Assembly: GCA_035503995.1 (NCBI GenBank)
Contig: DATJSQ010000266.1
Span: forward strand, 1 to 45,897
Source of the DNA: Verrucomicrobiia bacterium
GTDB lineage: Bacteria > Verrucomicrobiota > Verrucomicrobiia > Limisphaerales > UBA11358
DNA length: 45,897 bases
Direction: 5' to 3'
The notes beneath the pieces were generated by a model. The model saw nothing but the letters and a program-made list of their open reading frames with translations, was not told where the DNA came from and did not search any database. Shown here in pieces: positions 44,692 through 45,897 of this stretch (positions are counted from its first letter, which is position 1; each line of letters begins with the position of its first letter). The translations under genes were made by a program, and so were the position numbers.

Positions 44692-45897
44692 TCAATTTGC
44701 AGAAATCGGAACGTCTGCAAAGGGTCGCCAATGGCCATGAAAATCTTCGACACGATATTCCTGGGGGAGAACTAAATCATCGCTAAAGAGGCTTTTGGAG
44801 CGATCAAGTCGTGTTGTCTGAACACCACACAAGTCCAAAAAAGAATGGAGTATGTAATCCGTCGTAACCGTCGCCCCCGCATGCTGGCGCCCCAGGTCAA
44901 AACGCGCCTGGCGCGCAGCGTCGTCGAGAAAACTGTTGGAAGCCCAGACAACGCAGGCGGGGCGATATTCTGCCTTTATGAAAGCTTGTCCACAGGCCCG
45001 CCCGCCGCCATCATAGACAGCCAGGCCATGGTCAGACACATAAAACAGAACTGACCGGCTGCCTTGCAGCATGTTCATTATCGAGGTGAGGAAATCGTCG
45101 GTCATGACGATGGTATTGTCGTACCCATTAAGATAGGTTTCCGGCGATTGTTTTTCAGTAAGGACACTGGGCTGAAAGGTGTTATAGGCAAGGGGACACG
45201 TGCGATTAAATCCTGGATGTGACCCCTGCGTGCTGACGACGAGAAGTTTGGGACCATTTAAAGACAAAACCCTCCGAATGGCCGGCAGCATTGCTATATC
45301 TTTCGGTTGTTGCATATTGGCGCACCCATTAATCACATTTTCTGCTTCCAGAGTTATTAGTGCGAGCGGGTCCCGCCTGGTACAATTCTTATCTATGTAA
45401 AACGACACAAAATACGTGTCGTAACCGGCTTCTTTGAAGGCCTGAATGAAGGTTTTCTTATTGGGCCAATACGTCGAGTCGCTAGGATTCTTGATTGTAA
45501 AGAGGAACGGCCAAGACAACACCGTATTCGGAGCCAACGATATAATATTGGAAAAGGTGATTACGTTGGGAACCTCGCTCAAAAGAGGATTCGTTAGACG
45601 GTCGTATCCATTGATGGACCAATGATCCGCGCGTGACGATTCTCCGACGACAAAGACGATATTATCCAATTGTGGATCACACACGGCGCCAAAATCAAAT
45701 GCGTCACGTTGCTGCAAAGCTTGGGAAGCACCATCGGCATCGAACCTAAATAAAGCTAATGAAACAGGAAATCCCAGGGGTTGATAGCCGCCCATGCGAT
45801 TAACCACAATTAGTTGAAAAGCGCTTTCGGCCGTCCGGACGGTCCGGAATTGTTCCCAATAGAATAAAATAGTCGCGAAGATAAATAATGAGGCGAC
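44692..45897 (-). CDS. Phosphoethanolamine transferase (EptA/sulfatase-fold family); 5' end outside the window
   Basis: FVVGESSRADHWSINGYDRLTNPLL, STQGSHPGF, YDNTIVMTDDFL and YVSDHG motifs. The frame stays open through 45897 and encodes a hydrophobic segment (VASLFIFATILFYW). Confidence 0.8.
   Translation of the reverse strand, partial: VASLFIFATILFYWEQFRTVRTAESAFQLIVVNRMGGYQPLGFPVSLALFRFDADGASQALQQRDAFDFGAVCDPQLDNIVFVVGESSRADHWSINGYDRLTNPLLSEVPNVITFSNIISLAPNTVLSWPFLFTIKNPSDSTYWPNKKTFIQAFKEAGYDTYFVSFYIDKNCTRRDPLALITLEAENVINGCANMQQPKDIAMLPAIRRVLSLNGPKLLVVSTQGSHPGFNRTCPLAYNTFQPSVLTEKQSPETYLNGYDNTIVMTDDFLTSIMNMLQGSRSVLFYVSDHGLAVYDGGGRACGQAFIKAEYRPACVVWASNSFLDDAARQARFDLGRQHAGATVTTDYILHSFLDLCGVQTTRLDRSKSLFSDDLVLPQEYRVEDFHGHWRPFADVPISAN

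Overview
About 46 kb of moderately GC-rich bacterial chromosome. Gene content and repeat types suggest the Verrucomicrobiota/PVC group, but that is an inference. The core (5.9-22.3 kb, + strand) is a division/cell-wall (dcw) cluster: mraZ, an orphan ORF, rsmH, ftsL, ftsI, a SIMPL-domain gene, murF, mraY, a LysM gene, ftsW, murG, murB, ddl, ftsQ, ftsA and a divergent ftsZ. murE, murD and murC are missing from their usual slots, and two of those slots hold non-canonical envelope genes. Upstream lie a partial YXWGXW-repeat protein, a large secreted S53 peptidase, a RibD-C-type reductase and queA. Directly after ftsZ sits an IS200/RAYT-type Y1 transposase module flanked by 46-bp inverted REP-like repeats, and its HUH catalytic motif is encoded out of frame. 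Next come metG and, divergently, a translationally coupled luxE-like / luxC-like / queD operon. I rate this operon the best candidate for an undescribed pathway in the window. The rest is a secreted putative glycosidase, a ppdK-hppA pyrophosphate module, a GH31 enzyme, an SMP-30 lactonase-like protein, an OmpR/PhoR-like two-component pair and a 650-bp palindrome-rich non-coding stretch. These are followed by a DUF892 ferritin-like gene, a GxxExxY nuclease-fold gene abutting a 104-bp-period tandem repeat, a GT2 glycosyltransferase, a truncated vapC remnant and a low-GC partial phosphoethanolamine transferase. I saw no tRNA, rRNA or CRISPR array. All functional calls come from motif recognition by eye; no database search was run.
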